The translations under genes and the position numbers were made by a program. Positions 12,601 to 27,600 of a stretch of 64,000 nucleotides of DNA are shown piece after piece. The stretch is from Balanoglossus misakiensis (taxonomy: Eukaryota; Animalia; Hemichordata), in contig CM082577.2 of assembly GCA_040954595.2 (NCBI GenBank), positions 744,001 to 808,000 of the forward strand, in the 5' to 3' direction. Within the stretch, counting starts at the first letter, position 1; each line of letters begins with the position of its first letter. Below the pieces are notes generated by a model, which saw only the letters and a list, made by a program, of their open reading frames with translations, did no database searches and was not told the origin of the DNA.

Positions 12601-15600
12601 AAGTATTGTATTTCTGATAATGCAATGGAATCTTCTACAGATGATATACATGTACACACCAATATACTTCATGCAAACATAAACAGTGTATGGTTTGGTT
12701 TCACAACTAACTGGAACTGTATATAAGTTTCCGGGTTCAACAATTTGGACTGTGAGATCAGATTGCAAGAAGAATTCTGAGTTGAAAATTAACTGGCAAT
12801 GGGACCCCTATATTTAACTCACTTACCATGATTTATCGATTTAATTTGAACAGTTTTTGGAATGACTGGTGCTTTATCTGCCTCTCCAGCACACGATCTT
12901 CTACTGATCTTCGCTTTGAACAAAGTATTGACCAAGGTGGACTTCCCAAGACCACTGGCTCCTAGTCACCAGAAAAAAAAACAGACACAGGGAGTTAAAA
13001 CCATAATACTAGTGTAACAGTTCTAGGTGTAAAGCTTTGATGAATGACTACTGGCCTGTACGATGACCTTGCCAGGAACTGGATAATTTGACCAGCACTC
13101 TGAGGCATCTAGGCCAAATTTAGACCAAGATTAAAGTTATATAAGTGGATGAGGGAGAAGATTTAGTGGAGTCTGGTGGAAGATCAGAGGAAATGCTTGG
13201 CATTGGAATTTGTCATCAGATTATTTGGCTTGAAATATCTTGAAAGTAAGTGAAATTACGTCTGTAAGACATCAACAGGGGCAAGCCACGCTGTCAACAC
13301 CGTTTATCTGGTAATCCCAAACCACTGCAGTGAGACGCTTTGCAGATAATGCATGTATATGTGTACTGTACTCTATCTGAGTGTATGTAAGATCATGTGT
13401 GCAACTCTGTGTGACTGTGTGTGTGTTTTGATGTATGCAGGACAAAGTTTCTGGAGTATTGGAGACTACCAAATGTAACATGATAGAAACTCCTAGCCAT
13501 TCGTTCAATAGCCTGGTCGATATATAATCAAAACACAGAGTGGTTACATCATGACTTCCACTGAATCTATAAGAGACATTGTATAATCCATCCCTCGGCC
13601 ACTAAAGGATGTGGTCAGTCCACATTTCCTACAACTTGTCTCAGGTTTTCTTAAGAAATGGCAATGAGATTTATTTTTTCTGTAAAATTAGAAATGGATT
13701 GAATCTTGGCAATTTTATACACACTCATATCAATTTATCAAAAAGAAGGGTTGGTTTTAGAAACACAATAAGATCAGAACCAGTTAAGTGTCTGTTGATG
13801 CAATTCCACCAAATTGTTGGGTGTCTACATCACAGTTTCTATTTACAAAGGAACCTCGACTGGGTGATAATTTACTCTTTAATAGTTTGGAACACTTGAA
13901 GTGAGTGGCGTGTGTTTCCTTTCTCTGCCAACAAATGTTGAAGCAGCAATCTGTGATAGGATCAATTAATCTGAACAAATACACAATGGAACAAAATTTT
14001 GAACACTACTTTCAGTTATTTCTTACAGCATGTTTTCACATTTTTTACAATTTTATTGATAACATACACCGCAAAGAGCATATGGTTAAATCTAATACTA
14101 CAGAGGTCGTAGGTTAAAAGGGCAAGGTCCCCTTCTAATATATTATACTGCCATAAAGTAAAGTTATGAGTTCTAAAGGTTGGTTCCTGTTGTCCACACT
14201 TTACCAGAACCAACCGACACAAATTCAAAATGCAAAACTCACCAACAACCATGATGTTAAATTCAAAGCCTTTCTTCAGAGCTTTTCTCCGAATTTGTTC
14301 TTGAATGGTGTCAATTCCCACATAGCCACCGACTTGCGTCTTCAAGCCGCCCCAGTTGGTCGTCTGCGACAAAGCCTCTGTCATGATGGCCAGAAAGTCT
14401 GTGAATTTGATGATTCCTGTTGCAGAAATGAACAGAGAAATGATGGATGGTAGATTAGTGTCTCTGTCTTCCTGTCACGCGCCCCCACAAAAATGCCATA
14501 TAGGGAAATGACAATGAACTTGCCACAATGAGTAAGACTCTTCTCTGCATTTGTATATTACTGTTACACCTCCTTGTCAAACAATAAAGATGTTTTTTTC
14601 CCCAAAACAAAAAAATATTTCAGATATCTACCAACCAGCTGAAACCACAAATATGCAGACTGTAATAAAAATTCGCTGTTCCATATAACACTAGACTTTT
14701 ACAAACATCAATTTTTCACACATACCAGTAATTACAATTAAAAACATGTATAAACCATGGATCATCAAAAATCAATAGAAATAGGGGTCATTTATGGGTA
14801 ATTTCATAATTTGAACAGGAAGGATACTGGCAGATGAAATATCCAGAAAATAAATTGGAGCAGGCCAGAAAAAATCTTCTGGAAGTATAATATAAACATT
14901 CCACAGTATAACACGCACATGCAAATATGTTTCGTTTCGCAAACAGTCATTAGATATTTCTATATCAATTATTTTGACTTTAGCTGAAGGGAAGTTTGAC
15001 AAAACAGAAACAAAAGGGAATCAAAACCGGAAGAGGTGTTCCAATTTAAACAATATCAATGCCAGGAAACTGGCAGAGGTCAGAGGTCAATTGTTTTATA
15101 AATACACTGAATCACGTCCAGTGAGTGTAAAAAACCTAAATGACTGCTCCAGGGCTTGTATTGTTAAAGGATCATTGTTAACTGAAAAAAGAGGAAAATC
15201 AATAATTCTGATTTCCACCATACCCCAGGAAAATCTCTCTCTCATATTATAATAGAACAGACACAATAGATATAGAAATTACAAAATACACACTCGAATT
15301 TTCAAATGAAATGCAGACAATAGAGTGAATGTAATCTTCTTCATGATTCTTGCTTTTGTCCTGTGCAACATCTCATGGTTCTTGTTCTTCCCCCTACATG
15401 TTGAAATGCCCAATGTTGGGTTTGTCATATTTGTATACTAAACCAAAAATGTTTATTTTTTTTTAACCATCAATTTACTATTACTTGTATAGCATCCTGG
15501 TGTCTGAAAAGGCAACCACCAGACAGACCATAGAAACGTTTTATTTTTTTATTTTTATCACAGACACATTCCTAAAACTTCTGTGCTATCTTCAGTTCTG

Positions 15601-18600
15601 ATTTCACTTCTAATGTTATCATCTCTCAAGTATAGCACATGGTTGATAAATGTAATTCCCCAAGTCTGTCACAGCAGATGCATTCTCTCTAAATGTATCT
15701 ACCATACAAACACATTCAGTCTTCTTTAAATGTAGACACTATTTTGGAACGACAGTCAAGAATATTTCGCATCAACCTTAATTGCGTAAAACAACATTGG
15801 ATATTTTGGGGATATATATTCAGCTGCAAGTATAAAGGGAACGTTGAATTAATTAAATCTAACAAAATAGAGACAAAGTGGGACATGAGTTCTTTTTCAC
15901 TGTTTGATAATAACAATCTAATTTCATGCAGTTCTATATCTGCTTCGCTGATTGACATTTAAATTTAATCAACCATAGAATTAATCAATAATCATCCTCT
16001 TCACACAGGAAGAGGAACAAAACAATTTTAACAAAGAATAATTTTCCCAATTCAACTAATGTCATCTTCTATCACATCTGAATGTTACAAATGACGGCTT
16101 ACTGAAAGTCACACATAAATTCAAAACCCATTTTATTACAGAGCAAATATATATGCAACAGAAATGAACCTTGCCCCTTGCACAGTGTGTTAAGACAAAT
16201 ATTTGCAAAATGAAGTCATAACGAATTTTTGAGCAAACTAAATTCAGGTTTCACTTTTTCCAATTTCTCTGTAACCATGGTAATACAATTACAGTTAATT
16301 ACATTATTTGACACAGCCACCAGAAACACACGGTTCGTTTTTGTGTGAAGTATCTGCGACAGGTTTTGTTTATCTCTGACCATAAGTGGATACTTTAATG
16401 GATTTTGATGTCAGTATCACTTGAAACATTCAAATTTCTGCTCCATTAGCGTCAGTCATATTAAAACTGAGAGAAACATTTCAAAACCAAAACATCACAC
16501 ATACATACGCATCCCGTAACTGACTCTACCGGTATATATAAGACAGAGTTAGTGGCCAAGAATCATGATCTCAGTGTGTGGAATGGACAACAGCAACATT
16601 ATTTTTGGTAAAATCATAGTTGCCCATAAATGAGAACACAAAAATTAACTGTTGAAAGAAGTGACAGTACTTTCAAGTTTACACCGATCACACATCCTTC
16701 TTTAAACTATAATGCACTGTACTGATGAAGGGAGTTGAAGGCCAAAATGTCAGGTTCATGTTTCATTGTCCTCAGATCCTGGGAAAATCAATACAAGAGA
16801 AGTCACATGACTATAGCCACAAATCCAAAGTGTGTCAACTGACGGAAGTGGAAACTGCCAAATGTGTTCAACCATGTTGGTGTAAACATAGGATATCCGG
16901 GGAAACTCAGAACAGCGTATGTTTTAAGTAGTCAGCTCGGACATTCAGTGTAACCCTTGTTTATGACAAGTGTCAATATCTGAACACAGTGAGAGAATTG
17001 ACCAATGGCTGGTTCAAGCTAATATCATTTTTAATTATCTCCGTGACATTGTGCTTTTGATAAGAAAAAATACACTCCATACACTGGCTGAAATTCTGGT
17101 TCAATTCATTCAACTCAAACTTCAACCACTTTAGTTCAAGTAGGAAACTTCAGAAACGCCTTCTGCACTTGAGAAGCTGTTAAATGATTTCTGAAGAAAT
17201 CCCTGACAACTTGAAGATAAATATTTACTGTATGTGTAAATTTATATTAAGACGACTCAAGGGGACCAAGCATGCCATACTTTCCTCTCATTGACTGGTT
17301 GACAACAGTGGATACAATGTAACTAATGAAAGCTAAACAAATCACAGTATACACATAAACAGGTACATACTGAACATGTATTTGACAAATTTCAATAATT
17401 ATAGACTGGCTATAGTCAATGAAGAACGTACTGTCCCTTATGTACAATATGCATTTATGGTGGTATTATCCATCACCTATGCCCTGACTCTCAAAACATT
17501 ATGAGTAACTTGTAAGAAGAATGCATAGTAGAGTTTATCCACTGACGATCATGTCACTGATTTTGCATACTTTTCCTCTCAATTGAGGTACTAGACACAA
17601 AAAAGGTTAATTTCTTTTGAAGAGTCTTTGAAGAGCACAAGCTAGCCAAGCAACCAACTCCTGCTGAGATCTCTGCTCTGACCAAGTACCAACTACGACT
17701 TTTCCATGAAAGGGTCACAGCAACGTAATCCTTAAATAATGCAACCGATTCAAACCAAAGACGTGAAAACATTACATAATGAACAGAAGGAGCCCAACTT
17801 ACACAAGTTTTTTTTTTCAATTGTTTGATATCTCAGTCACACAGCTGGCAATGAATAGTAGTTATGTTGTAGCTCTTGGGCTCAGCTCCAAGACACGCAT
17901 TGACCGCCTATCAGTGATGATAACACAACTCTTACAAACTGAAATGAGAGTCCTGTGACCCTATTTGGCTTCTTGGTCACCAGATGATGGGTTGCTGAGA
18001 CAAATTTACTAGCACACTATCAACCAGATAACCATTTCATTTAAAATGACTCAACAATCATCTTTTTGTGAATTTTATCAAGCTATATTCCTTTTCCAAG
18101 TCAAAATATTATTCAACTTTCACTGAACTTTCTGACCCCTATTTTCCTAAAAAATTGGTATCACCCTAATGTTTTCTACTTGTGAGATGATACTATGCCT
18201 GAGAGAGTAGGGGGATCAAAGGCCAACTGCATGGTATTTTTCTTCCCTTGGCACATCTCAGAACTAGGATAAAGTTTAAACCCAACAAGAAACTTGAAGC
18301 TGAACACAGATCAGCAGTAACACTGAATTGTTGGTCCTTGTAGAACTATATTTACTGCAATGACAGTATTTTGTATAAATCAACACAGAGAATGAGGTCA
18401 GTCAATGACAAAGTGAGGTTTTATGGAGTTCATGTACACTGTACTTTCAAGGTTTATAAATAAAAGACAGAAATCACGATTTTAATCAAATCTTTAAGTA
18501 AAGTATCTAGGGGGTAACTGCCCTAGAACTGTTCAGTAAATTATACCAGGCTAGTCGTTATACCCTATACGTTTGAGTCATTGTGTGTGCCTTGTAGTAG

Positions 18601-21600
18601 GGTGGAGGCTGGGGTATTTCATAATGATTGATTTACATGTATTTTGACATATAATGATGCATTATGAAGTGTGTATGTGACTGTTTTATTGTAAACTGTT
18701 TACAAGTATTTGTCTTTAGCTCAGATATTAAGTGCTACGGCTACATGTTGAAAACAGATTTGGGAAGAAGGGTTGCAATAATAATGCCAACATAATCCTC
18801 TACATCAAAACTAGCTTACGCTTGTCCAATCGTGATAGTATTCAACACAAAAGTTTATACTGCAAGTTCAAATGACAAGCCTACCAACGTATGTACCTAA
18901 ACACCGAAATTGTTTCTCTGTTTACATGACCAACACTGTTTACAGTTATCACTAGAGTGGGCGTGATGATCTGGGGCCTGATAGTTGTTGTCGTGGCAAC
19001 CACCACATGCTATTTCTGTCAGTCTTTACATATATACTGTGTCGACTCATACAAGATGGATTATGATTGGTTAACAGTATGGACCCCTGGGAGAGGATGT
19101 CTACAGGGTCATTCTGTGTCTTTAGAGGTCACATCAACACTGTTTAGTACAAGTGGGTGTGTACTACATGTATGTTCCGCTGTAGTAGAGAAAAAAAAAG
19201 TTGAAACTACCATTTATTCATTTGCAGAATTACTAAGTGACCAGCACACAGAGAAAAAGTTCAGTGGATGAACCAACTGTGATTTGAAAAATTTGATACT
19301 TTAACCCTATATCTTTATACCTCAGCTGGTGTAACATTCCTGATACCTACTTGACTAGTCAATTATGAGATCAACATCTGATGTATTAATGTAATTTTCT
19401 TGATATCACTATATGTCCTTAAACATGACCATTGTTCACAAACAGTCCTACACAATGCAGATACCCACCTTGCTTCGATCTTGCCTCTGATTTGATTCGT
19501 AGACTTCCTAGATCCAAGCCATGTGGACGTCTTCCCAGAACCTTCTCCACCAACTGTGGCACTAGTTTCACGTCGATACAACCTTTATTTTGCTCGTCTG
19601 CCTCCAGAAACACTGCACTCAGAGCTGAAATCAGACACACAAACCAAGAAGAGACATTAATTCCAAGGTCATTTAAGGCAAAGGTGAATCTATTTATGCA
19701 AATCACAGCAGACAAGTCTCAATGCTTTTCTTTAGGTTAATACTGATCGTGGAGAGTAAAGAGAAGTGAGAAATATCTTGTCACTCTACGGTCTGTGCTG
19801 AGAATCTATACATATTCCATCCCAGACAAGTGGCTGAAAAATCAATTCTTGTGGCATTTAAATCAAAGCTATTCATTGCAGCCTCAGTGCTGGGGACGTA
19901 CAGCTTGGCGATTCCAAACCAGACTGTTCTAGTAATCCGGCATGAGAGAAACCCAAAATGGAATACAGTGAAACGGATGGGTGGCTTTATGTTCACAAGT
20001 GTGGACTGGTCTTCTTGACTGACCTTCATTCACACACTATCACTGCTTCAATACAAATCACACTCACAGACAGGATTCAAACACTATTAATGAATATGAT
20101 AATTTGTTGGAATTCCCACTCCGCATGTCCGAAAGCATAATAAGCTGGATGATTACCAGGAATAACCTTTATCAGGTTATAACCATGGACAGTAATCGGT
20201 ACATAAAAGTACAGTAAAAAATAAGCATATATAATATAATGATGCTTGTAAGTGTAATACCCTGACATTTATTTAACAAATTGACATCACTTTCTCTGCC
20301 AAGAATACAGAATGTATCACCATTTTCAGTTTGTACGTCTGTCTGGCTGCCCACCTGTCACCTTGTATTTTCACATGTGTGTCTATTACGCCCTTTTACG
20401 CTATATCTGGTTTGCCAATTAACTATGCATTGGTCAATTTGAAGTGAATTTAAACCAATACTCCATCCCGTGTGAATCCCACATTCAACTAGAGTCTAAT
20501 GAAGGAAAAGGGAGTGATCTGTACATGTCATCTATGAAGTGCAGATACTAGACTGTGTTAAATGTTTCTGTTTTGAATCTTATGTCACAAACAGGAATAG
20601 CCAGGAGGGAAATCGGGATCACCACCTTTGGATCAGCTTGATGTGCCTTTGAAATTTATCTGCTGTACTCAAGCATGGCAGTCAGAGTGATTTACTTAAA
20701 ATAACAGTCCCAGTTGAAAGTTACAATGATTTGCTATTCTACACAGTCTGACGGACACACCCCAGTTATACACACAAGTTCCATTCATTCATTCATTCAT
20801 TCATTCATTCATTCATTCATTCATTCATTCATTCATTCATTGGTATAAATTTACACAAGAAACCTATGGGAAATCAAATGCTTCCTCACACACAACAAGC
20901 ACATGTCACTTGAACTCAAGACAATTTTTAGGGCTGGGTTGTGGCTCAGCTCTGCGTGGCAGGGCTGTGTGTCTTATGCAGAGGGTAAGGTTGTGGCCAG
21001 CTAAAATCTGATAGTTCCACTGTTCGAAAGAGACTGACAAACAAAAACAAATGTGACAACATGCAATGGCGATCAAATTTCAAAATCCGGGTAGCGGCTA
21101 GACTTCACTGAAATACCTGTTCTGCAGTTGATAAAAACTGAAAGGCTAAAATAATCACAATCGTTATAAACAACTGCATGAGAACAATGTGAAGAATTTC
21201 AAGCTTTTGAACCTTTTAACTGACATGCGTACAACTGTGATCAGATATTCACTATGCCAGACAAGACCATAATGATGATTTATAATGCTCATATAGTGTG
21301 TTTGGTTTCAGTTTAACAGGATGACAGCCTGAATGGGTGAAATACCAGAGATAAATGCAATCTCATGAAAACCATGCCTGAAATATGGTCATAAAAATTC
21401 TCAAAAGAAGTTGATCGTTTCACTACCCCAGTTCAGTCACACAAAACCTTGGATCCCTTGCAACACTAAAAAGTCATTTAATTACAAAATTACCACTTAC
21501 CCTTTCAACTTTCAATTAATGCTCTACATGTACAAATGTAAGATTTCTGATGATACAGTTTTTATCTTATTAATGCTTGTAAAATACTACGCCAGCTCAA

Positions 21601-24600
21601 AGACCATGCTCACAGCATGTCCCATCATATCAGGGACACTACTACTACAGCTGGTGATATATTTTCATTTGGGTTAAAGTTTACCCATAATTATCAATAT
21701 TAAACTTTAATGACTTACTACAGCAAATACTCCACACAAATTAAAACATTAACTTGGGCTTTTGTTATCTTCAATATGGGAGCAACCTTCTAGTGTCCAT
21801 GGTGCAATTGATACTGTAATTAGCCAGAGGACATGAATTAAAATCTCCCTAGGGTTTGTAAAATGGTGGTAATAATATTTTCATCAAATCAGGGACACTT
21901 TCAACTGCTATCTTCCTCCTTGTACTTCTTGCATGATTTACAAGTAAAGGGAGTAAAGTGTTAATAATTTAAGTTGAAAGAATGAATGACTGAGAGAGTG
22001 AATCAGAATGGACATCTCTGCATGATGTATGTCAATAATGTAAATGTAGATTTATTTTTACCACATGTAAGAGCATTAATGAAACGATATCTTTAAACAC
22101 ACAGCTTGAAGACTGAATCACTAAACTATGTTTAACATGATCCAGTTTCCGGACCATTGACTCACACTAAATACTGCTTCATTTACAACTATAACAGTGT
22201 GTTCACACTAGTATTCATATGTCTATATTTCCAATTATCCTTCAATTGTTATGAGTATTAGTCCCTGCAATTGTTTCACTATCCACTGTAGTAATGTAAA
22301 TGTGCTTGCCAAGATTTAAGATATGACAATGATCGCATTTTGCAGACACGTACAGCAAAGAATGGTGTGCCCTCAGGTCGTATGCCCTGATATGCAAAAC
22401 CAAATTTCGAAATTTTCTTGGCAATGACTTTCACTTCAGAGGTCAGTTTGTACAAATTATGTCACTCTGTATATGACAAGGGCAATCAGTGTCAATTGTG
22501 AAGAGCTAGTAATGACAGTGGTTCAGGCTGCCAGACTTGACCCAGTGTTAATACAACAGGGCCATCATCTGCAGACTGTGACTCACAATCACACTAGACC
22601 AAGTTCTACAGCAAGTTGCCAATCGACCACTTAACAAAAACCATACAGTGAAGACATGCTGACCATGCAGGAATAAACATACTGACGACGTACCTTTTGG
22701 GGGTTGAAGTTACACACCTCACGTCAACACTTTCTAATCACACTCCTTTGTTTCAACTGCCAAACCGTGGTGCTATGAATGGACTTCAGTATTGATCAGT
22801 GTGTGTGCATGACATGTACACATATAGTCCACGTTCACTTTAATGTCAGAACAGCCCACTTCTCATAGATAGGGGAGAGGCACCAATGCTGTCACAGAGC
22901 ATGCATACGCACGGACATTCGAGATTCAAGACACGTGTGCAGTGGCCAGTTCCCGCAGTTCATTTACGCCCATCAATAGGGTTAAAGAATCACAAAAGCA
23001 ACCCTTCTCTTTTTGAATTTTCTTCCTGCAAAGCCAAACACAACCTTCAACAGATAAATTGTATAGGCACTGTTGAATCTCCCCATCTACTCCCTTCATT
23101 TGTAAAAGCATGCCGATCTGTTATATATGCTATTCAGGTCTTGAACCCCTCCCATGGGAACACCCCTCATAAAACTAAATGGGACAGTCCAGCCTAAGTC
23201 CTTACAGTCTTAAAATGTTAATGACTCATCTTTTTATGTTAATGATTGGTTTCACCCAGTGAATGGTCACTCAAGAAGTTGCATGTTTGCAGGCGGCTGG
23301 GAGTATCCCACTACAACTTGTATCAGAAACACTCACTCGCATCACCGACAGTTTTAATGCTCTGTCTATCGGCCATCTGTTTTTTTGGCTTTGCTAATTG
23401 AAAGTCTATTTGCCCAGCCACACCACAATTCACAGTTCACCAAAGGATGCATGTACTGCGTCTATTAGTCTTTTTGTAGTCCTTCGTGAATCAGATGCCT
23501 TCAGGGAATGTGTCTCCATTCATTCCAGGGTTTTGATTCCTGTTTCACCCACAGACCCAGATTGTGGAGTGGAAATGGAAAGCTGAATTGACCGAGCAAA
23601 GGCTACATTGGGATTATTAAACAAGTCCTGACTTGAATGAGTTGCTAGCTGGAAATCAAAGATGAATGCTGAGCTTGTTGGAAGCTCTGATTTTTGTTTT
23701 CTATTGAAATGATGTAAGTTAATTTTATCCAAAGTATGTCTCTGGTTGATGGATGTACAGAATTAGCAGAATTGAATTCTCACAGTGAGAAAATACTCCC
23801 CTCCCCCTTCTCTGGGTTCAGCCTGGCAGTTTGAACCCTTTACAATCCATACAATCTCACTGTATTTCACTATCGTTTGACTGGGTTGTATGCATACTTA
23901 GGCTTTGTTGAGTCACACACCTTGCACGGTAACAGGTCTATAGATGTTGGATTTTAGATACTCTGTGAATCAATGCCATTTCCACGACTAATTAAGAAGA
24001 AGGGAGATGCAGCTGCTATTTATAGAATGCCCAGGTATCATCACCTTTGTCGAAAAGTTGTGAGCATGAAAAATCAATTTTGTTACTGAAAACCCAGTAT
24101 CCTAAAGGTAAATTAGAACAACCAAACCCCACCACTTGATGTCAATACCTTCATTGTGTTGAGTTTTTTAAAATCCAGATTGCCTTACGTTGAGTGAAAT
24201 TGGCCGTCAAAACACTCGACACCCCCAACCTTCCAGTTCAGCTCTTAATGGAGAAAGATTTTAGCACAAAGAAGTGACTTGATTAAGACACTAAATGTTG
24301 AATAAGTACTTCCGTTGCCTTCCAACGAACGAGAGACATTAATCAAACAACATGATGACTCAAGATACTTGCCAGCTCAAGTTTTAGACTGGACCTGCAT
24401 AAAACTTATTTGTACAGCTAATACTGGTACAGACTAAAAGAACACATAACAGAATTTTCAAAAATTTTGTTGAGCAATGATTTTTATAAATTAAAGCTGG
24501 TTACGATTTAAACTTGTTTAGAAATGACACTTGTCCTAAAACTCGGATCAGAATGAGCGCCCTCTACAGTTCATAAATACAACTTGAAAGTTTCAACCAC

Positions 24601-27600
24601 TTTAAATTTGGCAGTCTTTCTCAGATTGAATGCAGATCCATTTTGACTTCCAACCCTGGGTTCTTTTTTTTTTTTTTTACAAATCTTTACTTTAAATTCT
24701 CTTGAATACTCCCATGTATTCAAGTTCATAACTTTCATGAACCAAACGGGCCAAGCAAACAATCAGTAGGATCTCTTTTGAGTAGCCACAGTTTCTATGA
24801 AACCGAATGCATTGAAAAAGTCTAAAGTTTTTTTTACAATACAGAACAAAAGTTAATTTAAATGTGAAAAGCGCAAAAGCCGGGGAAAGCACATCAAACA
24901 TGAATCTACAAAAAAACATTTGGCAAAGTGGCACTCCTTTTTATCACAGTAAATAACCAATGATCATATTGACCCACCAAATATTAGTATACAAAATTTG
25001 GAAGCCTTGCAATTCAACAAATGTTTGTTTGAGGCTTTTTTTCTGTACTCATAGACAGTCTGAAGATCAAGTTAAATATAGAGGTACTCAGTTGGTTACA
25101 ACACATACAATACTCGCAACAATGATGCCAATGTTTGATCAGTCTTTCCCCAGTGTTGGGTTAAATTCAATGACGTGTGAAATGCTAATTGCTGAGAAAA
25201 TATGACACGCAGACTGTTTGAGTGCTAATTACAAAACCATTCAATTAAGTTCTGCAGACAATGTCTGGCAAGAAACGTAAGGCTACAAACTCTATTTTGG
25301 TTTTCTTTGTGCTTTTCCCATTAAAGAATGCAAGATGCATGTAGTTAACATCAGTCCTCTCAAGCATGTCTTATTGGACCAATGAGACAGTGATTTAGCC
25401 TATTAGTCATTGATTGGTTAATAGTTTTCGAGAATAGTTATTGAGAATTGAAGTGTATCTCACTCCAAAAAAAAACAATATTATGAACAGTTTCTGCATA
25501 AGCATTCCAACATTACACATCAAAGTATGTATGAACTAACTTGACTTCAGAAAAGCAGCCTGACTTAGGCGAGACACATCCCACTTTGCCCTACAAGACT
25601 TTTTTTTCATTATCTGTGCATTCTTGTTTATCTTTTGTCCCAAAGACCCCCTTTCGTCTCCCCCAGAGCTTTAGTGTTGCCAGAGTGAAGCATGCAATTT
25701 AATCTTCACGCATCAAATGCCAAGTATAGTGACACTACGGCAAGTCTTTCATCCCAATCTCTTAGACTGCCTTTTTAATTAATCAAGGTGAGGCATTATA
25801 AGTTACACATGCTTGTTCCAGGGCCAACATAGAAGCAAATTTTGCAGGAGAATCTCTGGTCTCTACAGACAAACACCTAGAAGGCAGGCTTCCCGTTAAA
25901 ACTCCTTTTGGGAAATCATCTCAATGACATATAAGTAACCTGGGATCAATTATCCAATTCAATGCCTAGTCAGCAGTCTGGACATCAATTACTGATCATT
26001 ACGTATCTAATGACTAGTAGTAGTAATAGTCTGAACATAACAGCAAAAGTCAAAAAAGAATTGCAATGATCAGGCAATGATCAGTAGAGCAGAAGAGAGA
26101 ACTTTCAGCAAAAAATACATTTTCAGAAACAAATGCATTTTTTTTATAAGACAGCAGAAGAAGACCTGTATAGACTTAATGAGATTCTGTCAGTGTCTGC
26201 ACTTATTATCCACTTTCACTCAGTGGCTCTGGCATTCTGAATAAACAGGGTTTGTGTCGGTTTGTGTTGTCTGAATACAGAGTGTATGACAATCAAAGGA
26301 GTGCAGTCAGTATTAGAAGTGACAGACAATGCACTGTGTTGAGTCATTTCATAGTTGACTAGTCAGGGGGTCCATCTCGGCTACTGAAATATGCAAGACA
26401 ATCACAATGCACAGTGATCACACACCATTAGACAAGGGTGACTCTCTTACATAGTTTAGAATCTAACCAGGCATTCTGGAGGTTCAACAAGACAATCGCA
26501 ATCCAAAGGTTTAAGATCAGAAAACACTTTATATTAAACAAACTGTAATTTGCCCAACAATCACAAGTCAAAATGGATCTGTCTTACATATTAAACAAAG
26601 CAAGATAATCACATTGGACAATGATCATATACAATTCTCTCCAACCTCTCCTAAGCATGAATGGATTAACCAGAATAGCCTTGGATTTAAAAAACCTAGT
26701 GAAATCTGTAAAGGGAAAGATTAAAGATCAGCTGTGGTAATTCAACCTTGATGAAGAACACTTCAAAGGCAGATATCGTTCTAAAATACACTGTTCAAAC
26801 AAAAGTTTCACAAGAAAATTTCACCAGTTTTCTCTATTTCCACTGCATCATATCAAATTTACTTAAAATCAGAGCTGGAACCTCAGAGCCAATGAAATTA
26901 AATTTGACAAAATTGGCAACATACACAATGGATGAATAAAGGTTAAGCAATATAAAGATTCAAGTCAAATACAGATTTCTTTGTCTCGGATTTCTAATAC
27001 AAAATGTATGCTTACAAGTAATTGATTTTGGAGACGGTAATATCAGCAGGTAATATTTTGCCAATCACCCCCCCCCCCCCCCATGACCTCTGTCTGTCTG
27101 ACACCTGAGAAATTTACACAACAATCGCACAGATGTGAGTCATAACTCAAAGGGCACGCAGCATGTGTATATATTCCCTTTAGTAATTTGCAGCTCTTAT
27201 TCATCGGGAGTAGGAAATTTTATTGATAATTCTGGGTTCTTTGAGGGCAGTGACTTCAGGGTGAGTAATGCTGAGTTTCTGCATAAAAGAACAATCGTTT
27301 CGTAACTCACTTTAGGTAATCTGCTTGACACCATATAACATGCAATTATCAAAGCACACACCAAAACTTGGCCACTTGTTTTCAAGTAGCTGTCTGTATT
27401 TCCCTGTCAAAGGTACATGAATGAAATCTACATACCATATGTAAACAATTCAAGATAAAAATGAAAAAAAATCTTGTATAATGGTCATAGATACTTAAAA
27501 ATAATCATATTATCACTGCCTCAAAGGAATACATTTTTTAAAAATGGGCTGAATATCTAACTGTTCTGGGTAATACCACAGAAAAAGATAATAAACTATT

